Shown piece after piece: positions 24,969 through 34,196 of a DNA stretch of 64,000 nucleotides. Each line of letters starts with the position of its first letter. The first letter of the stretch is position 1. The translations under genes were made by a program, and so were the position numbers. The notes below the pieces were generated by a model, which saw nothing but the letters and a program-made list of their open reading frames with translations, ran no database searches and was not told the DNA's origin. The stretch is from an uncultured Collinsella sp. Lineage in GTDB: Bacteria > Actinomycetota > Coriobacteriia > Coriobacteriales > Coriobacteriaceae. The stretch spans positions 1,692-65,691 of the forward strand of contig CABRIC010000006.1 of assembly GCA_902470905.1 (NCBI GenBank), written 5' to 3'.

Positions 24969-26035
24969 TATGCGTTCCCCTGTTTGGTGCCCTTCATGCG
25001 GTACAGGGAGTCCGCAAGAATGGCAGGGTTGTTAACGCCAAAGTCGCCCAGGCGCTCCGGATCCTCGCTGATGTCGTCCATGAGCTCCTGCAACGAGCCA
25101 TACTCGTCGACGATCTTCTCGGCCACGCCGTCGCGCACAACGGACACGCGCGAAAGTGTGCGCAGGCCCAGCGGTGTCATGACGGAGTCCTCGTCCAGGT
25201 CGTCGTAGCCCAGAACTGCCGCCACATGCTGCGGGTCGGACAAGTCCTTGGGCGTCATACGGGCAAGCTCAGCGCGAATCTTCTCGGCGTTGGCCTCGGA
25301 GGAATCGCTCGCATAGTCGCGGATCATCAGGTCGTACTCGGTATCCATGCTGGAGCCCGCGAGCTGCTCGAGCTGCATCTGCACGAGCTTGCCCTGGTTA
25401 CCCAGCTTGACGATGCAATCCTTAAGCTCGGTCTTTGCCTGCTGCATGATCTCGAAGCTCGAGAAGATGCCGGTGATGTCGGCGAGCGTGACGTAGTCGT
25501 CGAGTTCGAGTGCCGTCAGGCGCAGCAGAGAGCGATCGAGCGACTGACGGGTAGTCTGGAGCGTGGCGACGAGCTGGTTGACCGAGCTCATGATGGTGGT
25601 GACGGGCTGGATCTCGTAGCTCTTGCCGTGGACGTACACGTTGACGACGGCACGACGAGCCGAAACCGAGATCACGATGGCGTCGGTGAGCACCGACATG
25701 CGAGCGGCAGTACGGTGACGCATGCCTGTCTCACTCGTGGCGAGCGAGGGATCGGGATTGAGGTGGAAGTTGGCGCGCAGGATCTGGGTGAGGTCGCCAT
25801 CGATAACGATGGCGCCGTCCATCTTGGAAAGCTCGAACAGGCGGTTCGAGGTAAACGAAATGTTGAGCGGGAAGCCGTCGTTACCGGCAGCGAGCACGTT
25901 TTCGGTGTCGCCGACGCAGATAAGGGCACCCAGGTGACCGGCAATGATCATGTCGAGGGCGGTGCGGATCGGCTGACCGGGGGCAGTCAGGCGGATGGCC
26001 TGTTCCATACGCTTTTGCAGCTCGTTCTTATCCAA
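24968..26035 (-). CDS. disA: DNA integrity scanning protein DisA (diadenylate cyclase)
   Basis: DAC domain (GALICVGD...DGAIVID...GMRHRTAARMS), a linker, and a C-terminal HhH region. 355 aa. Confidence 0.9.
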   Translation of the reverse strand: MDKNELQKRMEQAIRLTAPGQPIRTALDMIIAGHLGALICVGDTENVLAAGNDGFPLNISFTSNRLFELSKMDGAIVIDGDLTQILRANFHLNPDPSLATSETGMRHRTAARMSVLTDAIVISVSARRAVVNVYVHGKSYEIQPVTTIMSSVNQLVATLQTTRQSLDRSLLRLTALELDDYVTLADITGIFSSFEIMQQAKTELKDCIVKLGNQGKLVQMQLEQLAGSSMDTEYDLMIRDYASDSSEANAEKIRAELARMTPKDLSDPQHVAAVLGYDDLDEDSVMTPLGLRTLSRVSVVRDGVAEKIVDEYGSLQELMDDISEDPERLGDFGVNNPAILADSLYRMKGTKQGNA

Positions 26036-26189
26036 GGCATCGCTCCCATCGTATACGCTCCATAAACGTCAATAAGTTTCTCACGGTTTGCCCCTGTGAC
26101 GCCCGCAAAATCCGATGCTTACAGAATGAGCGAACACAGCTGAGAGCCCCAATCCAAATGAGCTGCTTATGTGGTAGCATCGGGATTCG

Positions 26190-26330
26190 CATAAATGAGG
26201 GAGTAGTCGCGTGATCGGGTTCGCCTCCGGTGGCGCGGCAAGTCAACACACTGGCCGAAACGGTCTGGCTTGCCTTAATGAACGAGACTCGTGGCTGTGC
26301 GCGCAACGCGTACGCCACGGGTCTTTTTTG
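26190..26330 (+). promoter_or_regulatory. yybP-ykoY (Mn2+) riboswitch with terminator expression platform
   Basis: GAGGGAGTAG (26197-26206), GTCAACACAC (26242-26251) and AACGAGACTC (26281-26290) correspond to the conserved GGGGAGUAG / UUGACAUAC / CAAGACC blocks recalled from the family consensus. It is followed by CGTGGC...GCCACG + GGTCTTTTTT and precedes mntP. Confidence 0.7.
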
Positions 26331-26382
26331 TTACTCCCCCAAGAGGTACACGCGGGCTCGCCCGCAGAGAGGGAGCCAGACT

Positions 26383-26961
26383 ATGGGATTCGCAGAGCTC
26401 GTGTTGCTCGCCGTTGGCCTTTCGATGGACGCCTTTGCCGTTTCCATCTGCAAGGGTCTCGGCATGAAGAAGATCAACCTTAAGGTCGCCGTGGTGCTCG
26501 GCCTGTTCTTTGGCGGCTTTCAGGCCGGCATGCCCGTAATCGGATGGGCGCTTGGCAGCCAGTTCATGGGCATCATCGGACCCATCGACCATTGGATCGC
26601 CTTCATCCTTTTGGCCTTCATCGGCGGCAAGATGCTGTGGGAAGCCTTTACTGAGAACGAGAACGAAGGCGACGGCAAGGATGCCGAGAAGATTGACCTG
26701 GGCGAGTACCTGATCCTCGCCATCGCCACCTCAATCGACGCCCTGGCCGTGGGCATCTCGTTCGCCGCGCTTTCGGTCGACATCGTCCCCGCCGTGTCGC
26801 TCATTGGCATCACGACCTTTGTCTTCTCCGTTGCCGGCGTGGCGATCGGCCACACCTTTGGCGCGCGCTACGAAAAGCCCGCCACCATCGTGGGCGGCGT
26901 CGTGCTCGTCCTCATCGGGCTTAAGATCTTGCTTGAGCATCTGGGGATCCTCGCGATATAA
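26383..26961 (+). CDS. mntP: Manganese efflux pump MntP
   Basis: ATG 26383 after AGAGAGGGAG. MGFAELVLLAVGLSMDAFAVSI and the repeated ATSIDALAVGISF motif give the MntP/DUF204 duplicated topology. Confidence 0.88.
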   Translation: MGFAELVLLAVGLSMDAFAVSICKGLGMKKINLKVAVVLGLFFGGFQAGMPVIGWALGSQFMGIIGPIDHWIAFILLAFIGGKMLWEAFTENENEGDGKDAEKIDLGEYLILAIATSIDALAVGISFAALSVDIVPAVSLIGITTFVFSVAGVAIGHTFGARYEKPATIVGGVVLVLIGLKILLEHLGILAI

Positions 26962-27001
26962 AAAACGCCTCTCATAAGCCAACGTCAATGTAGGAGTCTC
27001 A

Positions 27002-27070
27002 TGCAGAGTTTTGCATAATGCCTATTCGTGCGGACTTTTGCATGTCATACTGATATGCAAAAGTCTGCAC
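27002..27070. promoter_or_regulatory. Putative HipB operator: three TGC(A/G)GA(G/C)TTTTGCAT half-sites
   Basis: TGCAGAGTTTTGCAT (27002-27016). GTGCGGACTTTTGCAT (27028-27043) is inverted with respect to ATGCAAAAGTCTGCAC (27055-27070), 15/16 complementary. The sites end 15 nt before the hipB start. Confidence 0.55.
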
Positions 27071-27084
27071 GTTAGGAGATAGCC

Positions 27085-27555
27085 GTGGATACCCTTCCCA
27101 TCACCACACCGCGCCAAGCTGGCATCTACGTGCGCCAGGCACGCGAGACTCAGGGTCTCACCCGTGCCGCCCTCGCCAAAAAGGCCGGTGTTTCGGAGCG
27201 CCTGCTCGCATCGCTCGAGCTAGGAGACGCCACCGGCATTCGACTCGACAAGTTGCTGGCGATTTTCGACGCTCTTGGACTGGCACTCGCAGCACAAGGG
27301 GATATCGGCGAAGCGAAAAACGAGCGACCAGTCGACGCCCCGCATGCCAATCCGCTGCCTCGCAGCATCCCCAGGCGCCATCACACTCAACGTCCTCATC
27401 ATCGCAACCGTCGTAGTACCGCCATTCCGGCTCTTCCAGATGTCCCCTTTACATCCGCACTCTACGACGAGGTCTTCGCCGATTTCGCCATGTCCAATCT
27501 CGGAGTCTCGATTGCCGCAAACGCATCTAGCAAAACCAAGCCCGAAGGGAAATAG
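27085..27555 (+). CDS. hipB: HipB-like XRE-family HTH antitoxin with long C-terminal extension
   Basis: GTG 27085 after AGGAGA. The N-terminal ~70 aa (QAGIYVRQARETQGLTRAALAKKAGVSERLLASLELG) is a Cro/C1 HTH. The remaining ~85 aa is Pro/His/Arg-rich with no recognisable domain. Lies 3 nt upstream of hipA. Confidence 0.75.
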   Translation: MDTLPITTPRQAGIYVRQARETQGLTRAALAKKAGVSERLLASLELGDATGIRLDKLLAIFDALGLALAAQGDIGEAKNERPVDAPHANPLPRSIPRRHHTQRPHHRNRRSTAIPALPDVPFTSALYDEVFADFAMSNLGVSIAANASSKTKPEGK

Positions 27556-27558
27556 CCA

Positions 27559-28863
27559 ATGGCCAGAACATCACTTCGGACCATTATTTGCGGCGTGCCT
27601 GCTGGAACGCTCACGCAAGATGAGAACGGTCTTATCAGCTTTACCTACGATCATGACTATGACGGGCCAGCCCTATCGACCAACATACCCGTATCGAATC
27701 GCGCATACGGACAACAGGTCATGAATCCGTACCTGTTTGGCCTTCTACCCGACAGCGAGGACCAACGAAAAGCGATTGCCGCGGAATTCGACGTTAGGCC
27801 CAACAATCCCATCGCACTACTCAGCCGTATCGGACTCGACTGTCCGGGCGGCGTGCAATTTTGTGCCGAAGAAGATATCGACGCCGTCCTGCATCGCTCC
27901 GGCGAATACCGCCCCATAGACGACCACGAAATTGCTCTCCGCCTCAAGTCGATCAGAGATGACCGCAATGCATCGTGGATGGGCCTAGATGAAAGTTGGT
28001 CACTTGGAGGCAATCAGGGCAAGTTCGCTCTCGCACTCATGGACGGTCGCTGGTGCGAATGCATGGGGTCCTCGCCCACGACGCATATTTTCAAAAATGG
28101 CGTTATCGGTTTTAAACTCGAGGCTCTCAATGAGTTTGTCTGCATGAAAAGCGCCCAGCGCGCCGGCATCGCAACGGCAAACGTCGAATATCGTATGTTT
28201 GAGGACGAACCCGCCCTCATTGTTGAGCGCTATGACCGCGTGAAAGTCAAAGACGGAACGATCAGGCGCCTACATCAAGAAGACCTCTGTCAGGCACTTG
28301 GGGTGATGCCCGCCCAAAAGTACACGGCAGACGGCGGCCCGACCACACGCGACATTCAAGAGCTCCTCGTAAATACGAGCCACCATCAACTTAACCTGTA
28401 TCTGTTTACGCAGATACTGTTCTTCAACGCCATTATCGGCGCACCGGATGCGCACGCGAAAAACTATTCCCTGCTCCTTGGAAACGACGGCGCAGCCATG
28501 ATGGCTCGAATGTACGATGTCGCATCGGGTTTGGCGTATGAGCGCATGCGCCGCCGGGCGCGCCTTGCCATGAGCGTTGGCGGCGAAAATCGTGTGGGGC
28601 GCATCGGTCCAGGCGCCATCCGCCGATATCACGGCATGGACGACCCCGCGCTGGAAGCGGCGCTCACCGATGCCGGGCTGACCGAGAAGTTTTGTTTTGC
28701 GACCATGATGGACCTCGCCTACGAGGTACCTATTTGCATGGAAGAGGTCATGGACGAATACGCCGACCTGCCCGGCATGGCGGACCTGCGCGAGCATATG
28801 CTCGGCCCCGTCTGCGAAAACTGTCAGCGCACCCTCGACCTCATCAAGGCGGATATGGGCTAG
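27559..28863 (+). CDS. hipA: Type II toxin HipA-family Ser/Thr kinase
   Basis: N-terminal HipA-coupling domain (GTLTQDENGLISFTYD...FGLLPDSEDQR) and catalytic loop GAPDAHAKNYSLLL. 434 aa, similar in size to E. coli HipA. Confidence 0.88.
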   Translation: MARTSLRTIICGVPAGTLTQDENGLISFTYDHDYDGPALSTNIPVSNRAYGQQVMNPYLFGLLPDSEDQRKAIAAEFDVRPNNPIALLSRIGLDCPGGVQFCAEEDIDAVLHRSGEYRPIDDHEIALRLKSIRDDRNASWMGLDESWSLGGNQGKFALALMDGRWCECMGSSPTTHIFKNGVIGFKLEALNEFVCMKSAQRAGIATANVEYRMFEDEPALIVERYDRVKVKDGTIRRLHQEDLCQALGVMPAQKYTADGGPTTRDIQELLVNTSHHQLNLYLFTQILFFNAIIGAPDAHAKNYSLLLGNDGAAMMARMYDVASGLAYERMRRRARLAMSVGGENRVGRIGPGAIRRYHGMDDPALEAALTDAGLTEKFCFATMMDLAYEVPICMEEVMDEYADLPGMADLREHMLGPVCENCQRTLDLIKADMG

Positions 28864-28889
28864 GTGGCCGTAATTTCGCAATTATCAAA

Positions 28890-28935
28890 CAAAAAAGAGG
28901 GGGGCACCCGTCGCAAAAGCTCGGATGCCCCCTCT
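28890..28935. terminator. Convergent-gene terminator (hipA / pepD)
   Basis: AGAGGGGGGCACCCG ... CGGATGCCCCCTCT stem. On the minus strand it is followed by TTTTTTGTTT. Confidence 0.7.
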
Positions 28936-28991
28936 CGTAATGTCATTTGCAATCTGCTAGCACGTGGCTCGAACTGCTGCTAGCGCGACCT

Positions 28992-30449
28992 TTACGCAGC
29001 GAGGCGCTTGAGGACGTCGATGAGCAGCTCGTAGAAGCGCTCGGCAGAAGCGAGCTCCATGCTCTCGTCCGGGGTGTGGACATCGGAGAGCGTCGGGCCC
29101 ACGGCGATGGCATCCAGGCCGTGCAGGGCCTCGGCAAACAGGCCGCACTCAAGGCCGGCGTGAATGGACTCGATGCGCAGCTCGGAGCCAAAGAGCTCGC
29201 GATAGCTCTCGACAAAGACGTCGCGAACCGGCGAATGCTCGGCATAGCTCCAGCCGGGATACTCGAACTCGAACTTGGCGTCGAAGCCCAGGACATCGGC
29301 CAGCGTCTGCAGGCGGTCCTTGAACTCGTTCTGCAGCGAGGTGATCGAGGAGCGCGGGGACAGCATGATCTTGACCTGGTCGTCAGAGGTGGCAACCACA
29401 CCGATGTTGGAGGAAACCTCGACGGAGCCGTCGGTGGCGACGTTGCGGCGAATCACGCCGTTAGGGGCAAGACGCAGGGCGCGGATGAGGGCAAGCGCGG
29501 ACTTCTGGTCCATGGCCTCGACCTCGGCGTCGTCGGCAATCTCGACGGTGCAGGTAAAGCCGGGGTCGAAGACCTCGAGCTCGGCAGTGACGTCGGCGAT
29601 GATGCCCTTTGCGATCTCGGCCGCTGCCTCGGCGGCAGCGTGATCGGCGTAAACCAGCTCGGCCTTGCACTCACGGTTGATGGCGTTGTCCTTAGTGCCG
29701 CCGTTAAAGCTGACGATGGCGGGCTCGCCGGCGACCATCAGGCGGTCGATGATGCGGGCCATGATGAGGTTTCCGTTGCCGCGCTCCAGGTTGATATCAC
29801 TGCCGGAGTGGCCGCCCAACAGACCGGAAATGTCGAGCGTGAGGGTGCTACCGGTCTTGTGCTCGCGCACGATGGGGCAGGTGTAGGTAACGACGACGCC
29901 GCCGGCGCAGCTGACGGTGGCAACGCCCTCCTCCTCGGAGTCGAGGTTGATCATGGTGCGGGCGCTGATCTGGGACTTGTCGAGCGTCTCGGCGCCAACC
30001 AGGCCGGTCTCCTCGTCGGTGGTGAACACGCACTCGAGGGCGGGGTGAACAATCGAATCGTCATCGAGAACAGTGAGCATCAGAGCGACGGCGATACCGT
30101 TGTCGGCACCCAGAGTGGTGCCGTTAGCGGTGAGGACGCCGTCCTTGACGACCAGGTCGATACCATCGGTCGTAAAGTCGTGCTCAACGGAGCCCAACTT
30201 GTCGCACACCATATCGATGTGGCCCTGCAGCATCACGGTCGGGGCATTCTCGGCACCGGCAGATGCGGGCTTGCGGATGATAACGTTGTAGACCTCGTCC
30301 TGATACACATCGAGGCCGCGCTCCTTGGCAAACGCAACCAGGAAATCGCTGATGCCCTTCTCGTTGCCAGACCCACGGGGGATCGCGCTGACCTCCTCAA
30401 AGAAATGGAACAGCTGGGCGGGCTCGTAGCCGGTAATCTTGTAGTCCAT
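28992..30449 (-). CDS. pepD: Aminoacyl-histidine dipeptidase (PepD, M20C family)
   Basis: ATG 30449 after AAGGAGG. EPAQLFHFFEEVSAIPRGSGNEKGISDFL, LQGHIDMV and TTDEETGLVGA are M20 metal-site motifs. 485 aa. Confidence 0.88.
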   Translation of the reverse strand: MDYKITGYEPAQLFHFFEEVSAIPRGSGNEKGISDFLVAFAKERGLDVYQDEVYNVIIRKPASAGAENAPTVMLQGHIDMVCDKLGSVEHDFTTDGIDLVVKDGVLTANGTTLGADNGIAVALMLTVLDDDSIVHPALECVFTTDEETGLVGAETLDKSQISARTMINLDSEEEGVATVSCAGGVVVTYTCPIVREHKTGSTLTLDISGLLGGHSGSDINLERGNGNLIMARIIDRLMVAGEPAIVSFNGGTKDNAINRECKAELVYADHAAAEAAAEIAKGIIADVTAELEVFDPGFTCTVEIADDAEVEAMDQKSALALIRALRLAPNGVIRRNVATDGSVEVSSNIGVVATSDDQVKIMLSPRSSITSLQNEFKDRLQTLADVLGFDAKFEFEYPGWSYAEHSPVRDVFVESYRELFGSELRIESIHAGLECGLFAEALHGLDAIAVGPTLSDVHTPDESMELASAERFYELLIDVLKRLAA

Positions 30450-30600
30450 GGTGCCTCCTTGGCGCAACTGGTTAGACAGTAAGACATGCGACTTGTATAT
30501 TCCCAGACTTTGCGTGCATAAACCAGTCGAAAACGCCGAGCGCCCTCGCATCATCGGCTAACGGCGGACCGCATAGCGTAACGGTCACAACTTCGCAGCT

Positions 30601-30637
30601 CTACAAATCGAGGCGCCCTTGCCAGAGCGCCTCGATT
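30601..30637 (-). terminator. Terminator after clpC
   Basis: Minus strand AATCGAGGCGC-tctggcaag-GGCGCCTCGATT followed by TGTAG. Confidence 0.6.
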
Positions 30638-30662
30638 GCGCGTATCAAATTGTCGCCACGCC

Positions 30663-33305
30663 CTACAGCGCGCCGGAACCGGCTTGCATCATGCCGCCGG
30701 GGCCCGAGGTCACGCCGCCGCTCACGGGCGCGGCGTTGCCGGTGTGCGGTGCCGCCGGGGCGGTATCGCCACCGAGCGTGCCCGCCGGACGCGGTGCCGG
30801 GATCTCGCCCGTGCCGTGGCTAAAGACAAACTTGCCATCGGCCACGTCGCACAGGACGGTATCGCCCTCGCCCCACTCGCCGGCCAGAAGCTCCTCGGAC
30901 AGCGGGTCCTCGATGAGCTTTTGAATAGCACGGCGCAGCGGACGCGCACCGTTGGTGAGGTCGGTGCCCTCGGCCACGATCTTGTCATAGGCCGCATCGG
31001 TGAGCTTGATGTTCATGCAGTTGGCAATCAAACGCTGACGCAGGTCGTCCACCAGCAGGTGCGCGATCTTGGTGAGATTCTCACCCGAGAGCTTCTGGAA
31101 CACCACAATGTCGTCGATACGGTTGAGCAGCTCGGGGCGGAACAGACGCTTGAGCTCGCCCATCGCGCGGCCGCGGATCTCACTCGACGTGAGGCCCTGC
31201 TCGCCGGTGGTGCCAAAGCCCACGCTCGCATCCTGCGCAATCTCGCGAGCGCCCACGTTGGACGTCATGATGATCACGGTGTTGCGGAAGTCGACCGTCT
31301 TGCCTTGGCTATCGGTCAGGCGGCCCTCCTCCAGCACCTGCAGCAAGATGTTGAAGATATCGGGGTGCGCCTTCTCGATCTCGTCGAACAGCACGACCGA
31401 GTACGGGTGACGACGAACGGCCTTGGTGAGCTGGCCGCCCTCGTCGTGACCGACGTAACCCGGAGGGCTACCGATAAGCTTGGAGACCTCGAACTCGCTA
31501 CCGAACTCGGACATGTCGAAGCTGATGAGCGCATCCTTGCTGCCAAAGAGGTACTCGGCGAGCGTCTTGGCGAGCTCGGTCTTGCCCGTGCCGGTGGGAC
31601 CCAGGAAGATAAAGCTGCCGCCGGGGCGACGCGGGTCCTTGAGCGGCGAGCGGCTGCGGCGCACGGCCTTGGCAACTGCCTCGACAGCCTCATCCTGACC
31701 GATGATGCGCGTCTTGAGCACGCTTTCGGCCTGCAGCAGGCGACGGCTCTCGCTCTCGGTAAGCGAAGACACCGGCACGCCCGAAGTCACGGACACGATG
31801 TCGGCGATCTGGGAGACATCGATGGTGAGCGGGCTGGCGTCGAGCTCGGCGGTCCAGGCGGCCTTGGCCTCGGCGAGCTCAATCTCGGCGGCCTTCTGCT
31901 GCTCGGTGATCTCGGCGGCCTTGTTCATGTCGTCGCTCTCGGTGGCCTCCTGCGCGGCGGCCTTAAGCTCCTCCACGCGATGCTCGGCCTCACGCACCGG
32001 CTCGGGCGCGCGATTCGCGGCGATGCGAGCGCGGGCACCGGCCTCGTCGATAAGGTCGATGGCCTTATCGGGCAGGAAGCGATCCTGGATGTAGCGGTTG
32101 GAAAGGTTCGCGGCGGCCTCGATAGCACCCTGCGTATAGCGCACATGGTGGTGCTCCTCGTAGCGCGGCTTGAGCGCGGTCAGGATCTTGACCGTGTCCT
32201 CGACGCTCGGCTCCTCGACATCGATGGTCTGGAAGCGACGCTCGAAGGCCGGGTCCTTGGTGAGGTACTTGCGGAACTCCTCGGCCGTGGTGGCGCCAAT
32301 AATCTGAAAGGCACCGCGCGCAAGTACGGGCTTGAGCATGGAGCTCGCGTCGATGGAGCCCTCGGCAGAACCGGCACCGATGATGGTATGCATCTCGTCA
32401 ATAAACAGGATAACGTCGTCAGCTTCGGTGGCCTCCTGGATCACGTTCTTGAGGCGCTCCTCGAACTCACCGCGATACTTGGCGCCCGCAACGAGACCCG
32501 GCAGGTCGAGCGTCCAGATATTCTGGTTCATGAGGTTCTCGGGCACGTTGCCAGCTGCAATCTGCTGAGCCAGACCCTCGACGATGGCCGTCTTGCCCAC
32601 GCCGGGGTCGCCCAAGATAAGCGGATTGTTCTTGGTGCGACGCGAAAGGATCTCCATCATACGCTGGACTTCCTTTTCGCGACCAATTACAGGGTCGAGC
32701 TCGCCGTCGCGCGCCTTCTGCGTAAGGTTGGTGGCGAACTGCTTGAGCGTGTCGGTGCCGCTCCCCTTTTGCTGCGACGCGTCCGAGCCGCTAAAGAACG
32801 GCAGGCCCGCACCGGGACGCCCGGCACCGGCGCCGGCGAGCGGACGCTTCTTATCCTGGTCCTTGGCAGTGAGTTTCTCGATAGCCTTTTTGATGGAGGC
32901 GGACGACACACCCAGACGCATGAGGATGTCCATGGCCATGCCGTTGCCCTCTTCGACGATGCCGATCAGCAAGTGCTCGGTCGACACGTAGGTCTGGTTG
33001 TTCTCACGCGCCACGCGGAATGAACGCTCCATCACGCTAATGACGAGCGGCGTAAAGGCGAGCTTAGCGGCCTCGGTCTCCTCACTGGGCTCGGGAACGG
33101 TGGTCTGGACCTCTTTGAGGGTGTCCATGATGTCGTCGTAGGAGATATCGAGCGAGCGCAGCGCCTCGGCGGCAATGCCCTCGTCCTCCTTGGCAAGCGC
33201 GAGCAGCAGATGCTCGGTACCCACCTTATTTGAATGAAGATCGAGCGCCTCCTGCTTGGCCATGGACATGACCTTGCGCGCTCGATCGGTAAATCTATCT
33301 AACAT
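30663..33305 (-). CDS. clpC: ATP-dependent Clp protease ATP-binding subunit ClpC
   Basis: ATG 33305 ([12 protein letters not shown]...). Double Clp_N repeat and two AAA+ modules ([15 protein letters not shown]; [17 protein letters not shown]). 880 aa with a Gly/Pro-rich C-terminal tail. Confidence 0.92.
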   Translation of the reverse strand: MLDRFTDRARKVMSMAKQEALDLHSNKVGTEHLLLALAKEDEGIAAEALRSLDISYDDIMDTLKEVQTTVPEPSEETEAAKLAFTPLVISVMERSFRVARENNQTYVSTEHLLIGIVEEGNGMAMDILMRLGVSSASIKKAIEKLTAKDQDKKRPLAGAGAGRPGAGLPFFSGSDASQQKGSGTDTLKQFATNLTQKARDGELDPVIGREKEVQRMMEILSRRTKNNPLILGDPGVGKTAIVEGLAQQIAAGNVPENLMNQNIWTLDLPGLVAGAKYRGEFEERLKNVIQEATEADDVILFIDEMHTIIGAGSAEGSIDASSMLKPVLARGAFQIIGATTAEEFRKYLTKDPAFERRFQTIDVEEPSVEDTVKILTALKPRYEEHHHVRYTQGAIEAAANLSNRYIQDRFLPDKAIDLIDEAGARARIAANRAPEPVREAEHRVEELKAAAQEATESDDMNKAAEITEQQKAAEIELAEAKAAWTAELDASPLTIDVSQIADIVSVTSGVPVSSLTESESRRLLQAESVLKTRIIGQDEAVEAVAKAVRRSRSPLKDPRRPGGSFIFLGPTGTGKTELAKTLAEYLFGSKDALISFDMSEFGSEFEVSKLIGSPPGYVGHDEGGQLTKAVRRHPYSVVLFDEIEKAHPDIFNILLQVLEEGRLTDSQGKTVDFRNTVIIMTSNVGAREIAQDASVGFGTTGEQGLTSSEIRGRAMGELKRLFRPELLNRIDDIVVFQKLSGENLTKIAHLLVDDLRQRLIANCMNIKLTDAAYDKIVAEGTDLTNGARPLRRAIQKLIEDPLSEELLAGEWGEGDTVLCDVADGKFVFSHGTGEIPAPRPAGTLGGDTAPAAPHTGNAAPVSGGVTSGPGGMMQAGSGAL

Positions 33306-33340
33306 GCTCGTTTCCTTACATGAGTTCATCGAAATCAAAA

Positions 33341-33365
33341 CGCCCGCCCGTCGGCGGCGCTTTTG
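33341..33365 (-). terminator. Possible terminator after the TetR gene
   Basis: CGCCCGCCCG-tc-GGCGGCGC hairpin flanked by A and T runs (AAAA...TTTT). Confidence 0.4.
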
Positions 33366-33497
33366 TCTCTTTACCCACAGGTTGTCTATGTTAACAGCTG
33401 GAGGAATATCTATAAACCCGGCTCACATGAATGCAGGTTATGACCGCATCGCGGGACTCACCGCGCGATGCGCGACAGGCGCCCCGCAAGAGAAACC

Positions 33498-34196
33498 CTA
33501 GGTGTCTTTCACCACGTCGGGACTCGTCGCACGCGATGCGCGATAGGCATCGGCCTCCTTGGAGACGCGTTCGAGCAGCTCGGATGTATCGACGCCCTCG
33601 ACTTGCGCGACCGTTTCCACCGTCTGCATGGCGACCGCCCTCAGGTACGCGCACGCGCTGTCCCCCAGCTGCTCGAGGTCTATCTCCTCGCCGCCCTCCC
33701 GGGCAAAGCCGACCGCCATCACAAAGCCCATGATGCCCGAGACCAGAAAGCCCACCGCAAAGCTCGAATCTGCCTTGAGCTCTTCTTCGTCGGGGTGGAC
33801 GATCTCTCTCACGCGGTCGATGATGATCGTATGGATGCCCTGCACGACCTGCTCGGCGGCACCCGCCCTCATGGTGATGACGATGCGCCGCAGCAGGCAG
33901 CGGACGTCGCGCCGGTCGAACGCCGAAAGGTCGCCCTCGCTCGAAAAATGCCAGAGGGTATCGGTGATGAGCTCGTTATCCTGCAGCAGCTGGGCTATGG
34001 CGATGGCGACGAGTTCATCGAAATCGTGAAAATAGTAGTAAAACGTTCCGCGATTGCACTGGGCGGCGCGGGTCACCTCGCCAACCGACAGCTCGAAGAT
34101 GCTGTTGTTCTCGATGAGCTCCCAAAACGCCTCGATGATACGGGTGCGTGCATCGGGCGCATCGGCGTCCTTACGCGGTCTCGCCATGCGCCTCAC
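33498..34196 (-). CDS. TetR/AcrR family transcriptional regulator
   Basis: The N-terminal HTH (TRIIEAFWELIENNSIFELSVGEVTRAAQCNRGTFYYYFHDFDELV) is a typical TetR_N. The start overlaps the last 26 nt of the upstream 1479-aa gene. Confidence 0.85.
   Translation of the reverse strand: MRRMARPRKDADAPDARTRIIEAFWELIENNSIFELSVGEVTRAAQCNRGTFYYYFHDFDELVAIAIAQLLQDNELITDTLWHFSSEGDLSAFDRRDVRCLLRRIVITMRAGAAEQVVQGIHTIIIDRVREIVHPDEEELKADSSFAVGFLVSGIMGFVMAVGFAREGGEEIDLEQLGDSACAYLRAVAMQTVETVAQVEGVDTSELLERVSKEADAYRASRATSPDVVKDT

Noticed and set aside
30636-33023. 795-aa ORF antisense to clpC. Analogous long antisense ORFs are 34054-36633, 41747-43768, 51885-53699, 28947-30482, 22220-23779, 50058-51581, 20640-21935, 16657-17901, 54468-55655 and 60128-61114.
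   Set aside because: In every case the complementary strand carries a clearly identifiable gene (clpC, the activase fusion, lysS, asnB, pepD, cysS, murE, yacP/rlmB, tuf, argD, PNPOx-like/ecfT). The antisense translations are repetitive Arg/Gly/Ala/Leu/Val/Asp-rich strings.
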